Source: Eledone cirrhosa
Taxonomy: Eukaryota
Length of the DNA: 64,000 nt
Direction of reading: 5' to 3'
Assembly (NCBI GenBank): GCA_964016885.1
Contig: OZ024743.1
Location: 102,052,001-102,116,000 of the forward strand
The notes under the pieces are model-generated. The model was not told the origin of the DNA and did no database searches. It worked only from the letters and a program-made list of their open reading frames with translations. Each line of letters begins with the position of its first letter. Position 1 is the first letter of the stretch. Both the position numbers and the translations under genes were made by a program. Positions 63,050 through 64,000 of this stretch are shown piece by piece.

Positions 63050-63239
63050 TGTTCTATACACCCATGTAAAGATTTGGCTGCTATTTCTAGCAGATAGAAG
63101 ATTCCTCATTGACTCTATGTGACCTAATATCAAATCCTTTCACTTTCTTATTAATCATGCTTATGTCAGTAAATCTAATCCGCGTGTCACCAATAAGAAA
63201 CTAAAGAGTCAGTCCACTTCGAGGTCCGATAGGATGAAA

Positions 63240-63610
63240 CAATATTGCACTGGAGGATGGCGTGCGACACGCACTAGAACAGCCACTCCCTCTTCCGGGG
63301 ATCGCAACTGCTGATAGCCGACTCTGGTCCGATAGCAGTGAGTAGGGATGTGGTCCGTAGGCCAATAACGTGGCAGGCTCCATTGCTATATTCTCTATGA
63401 AAAATCTATCGGAGAGCGACCAATACTTTGACAGATTACCCGCTTTGGCTTGACGGACAGGAAGACTGGGCTGGCAGCCGACCGCACCAGGTTACCACTA
63501 CAGAAGATGTCACACCATGCAGCATCAAAGATGAGAGGCCTACCCCCACGGATCTCAAGGCCAAGCGTCAAGGAAACACCGATACGCTAGAAGACGCTGT
63601 CCTGCTGAGA
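63240..63610 (+). pseudogene. Possible degenerate 3' end of an RNase H-bearing LINE
   Basis: GC-richer island; PTPTDLKAKRQGNTDTLE resembles C-termini of I-group LINE ORF2; heavily decayed. Confidence 0.35.
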
Positions 63611-63746
63611 ATATGTCGAAAGTGATGGTACTGCGTTGGACCAGGTACCACTGTGAGGCTGGGAGACAGTGAGAGAGAACATACCAGATGGTGCTGGTCG
63701 AGCCAGCGCACCATTCTGTCTGAGGACATGTTGAAAGTCACATATG

Positions 63747-63860
<114 letters not shown>

Positions 63861-64000
63861 CTCTGCGTGTGTGTATGTGTCCGTTGAACGGGAGCTAGGT
63901 TACTGCGACTACAGTACAAGGATTTAGTTTCATTTTCTAACTGAAGAAGCTACTTATTTCCAATTCAGGAAACAAGTACTAACCTAACACTTTGAGCTTA

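Overview
AT-rich, gene-poor eukaryotic (metazoan) non-coding DNA, most likely from an octopod cephalopod. This is inferred from a tRNA-derived SINE resembling the Octopus family (about 20 copies) and very dense (TA)n/(CA)n/(GA)n microsatellites. Almost all ORFs in the supplied track are microsatellite artefacts, and no host gene can be called with confidence. Real coding remnants are all from retroelements: two Penelope-like GIY-YIG regions of Naiad type (52.8-53.3 kb minus; 53.8-54.9 kb plus), a second GIY-YIG type (50.6-51.0 kb, missed by the ORF track; 62.0 kb remnant), an RTE fragment, an L1/Tx1 fragment and a possible RNase H LINE fragment. Several Helentron/HINE-like non-autonomous elements are also present. 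The most striking signal is a dense set of hammerhead-ribozyme motifs, roughly a dozen distinct sequence families, several with all three stems and an intact catalytic core. They lie in Penelope 3' ends and in ORF-less 250-560 bp partially tandem, fold-back units, usually flanked by (TA)n. This looks like a Penelope/retrozyme ecosystem. All structures were read by eye; boundaries are approximate (about +/-10 nt) unless motif coordinates are given.
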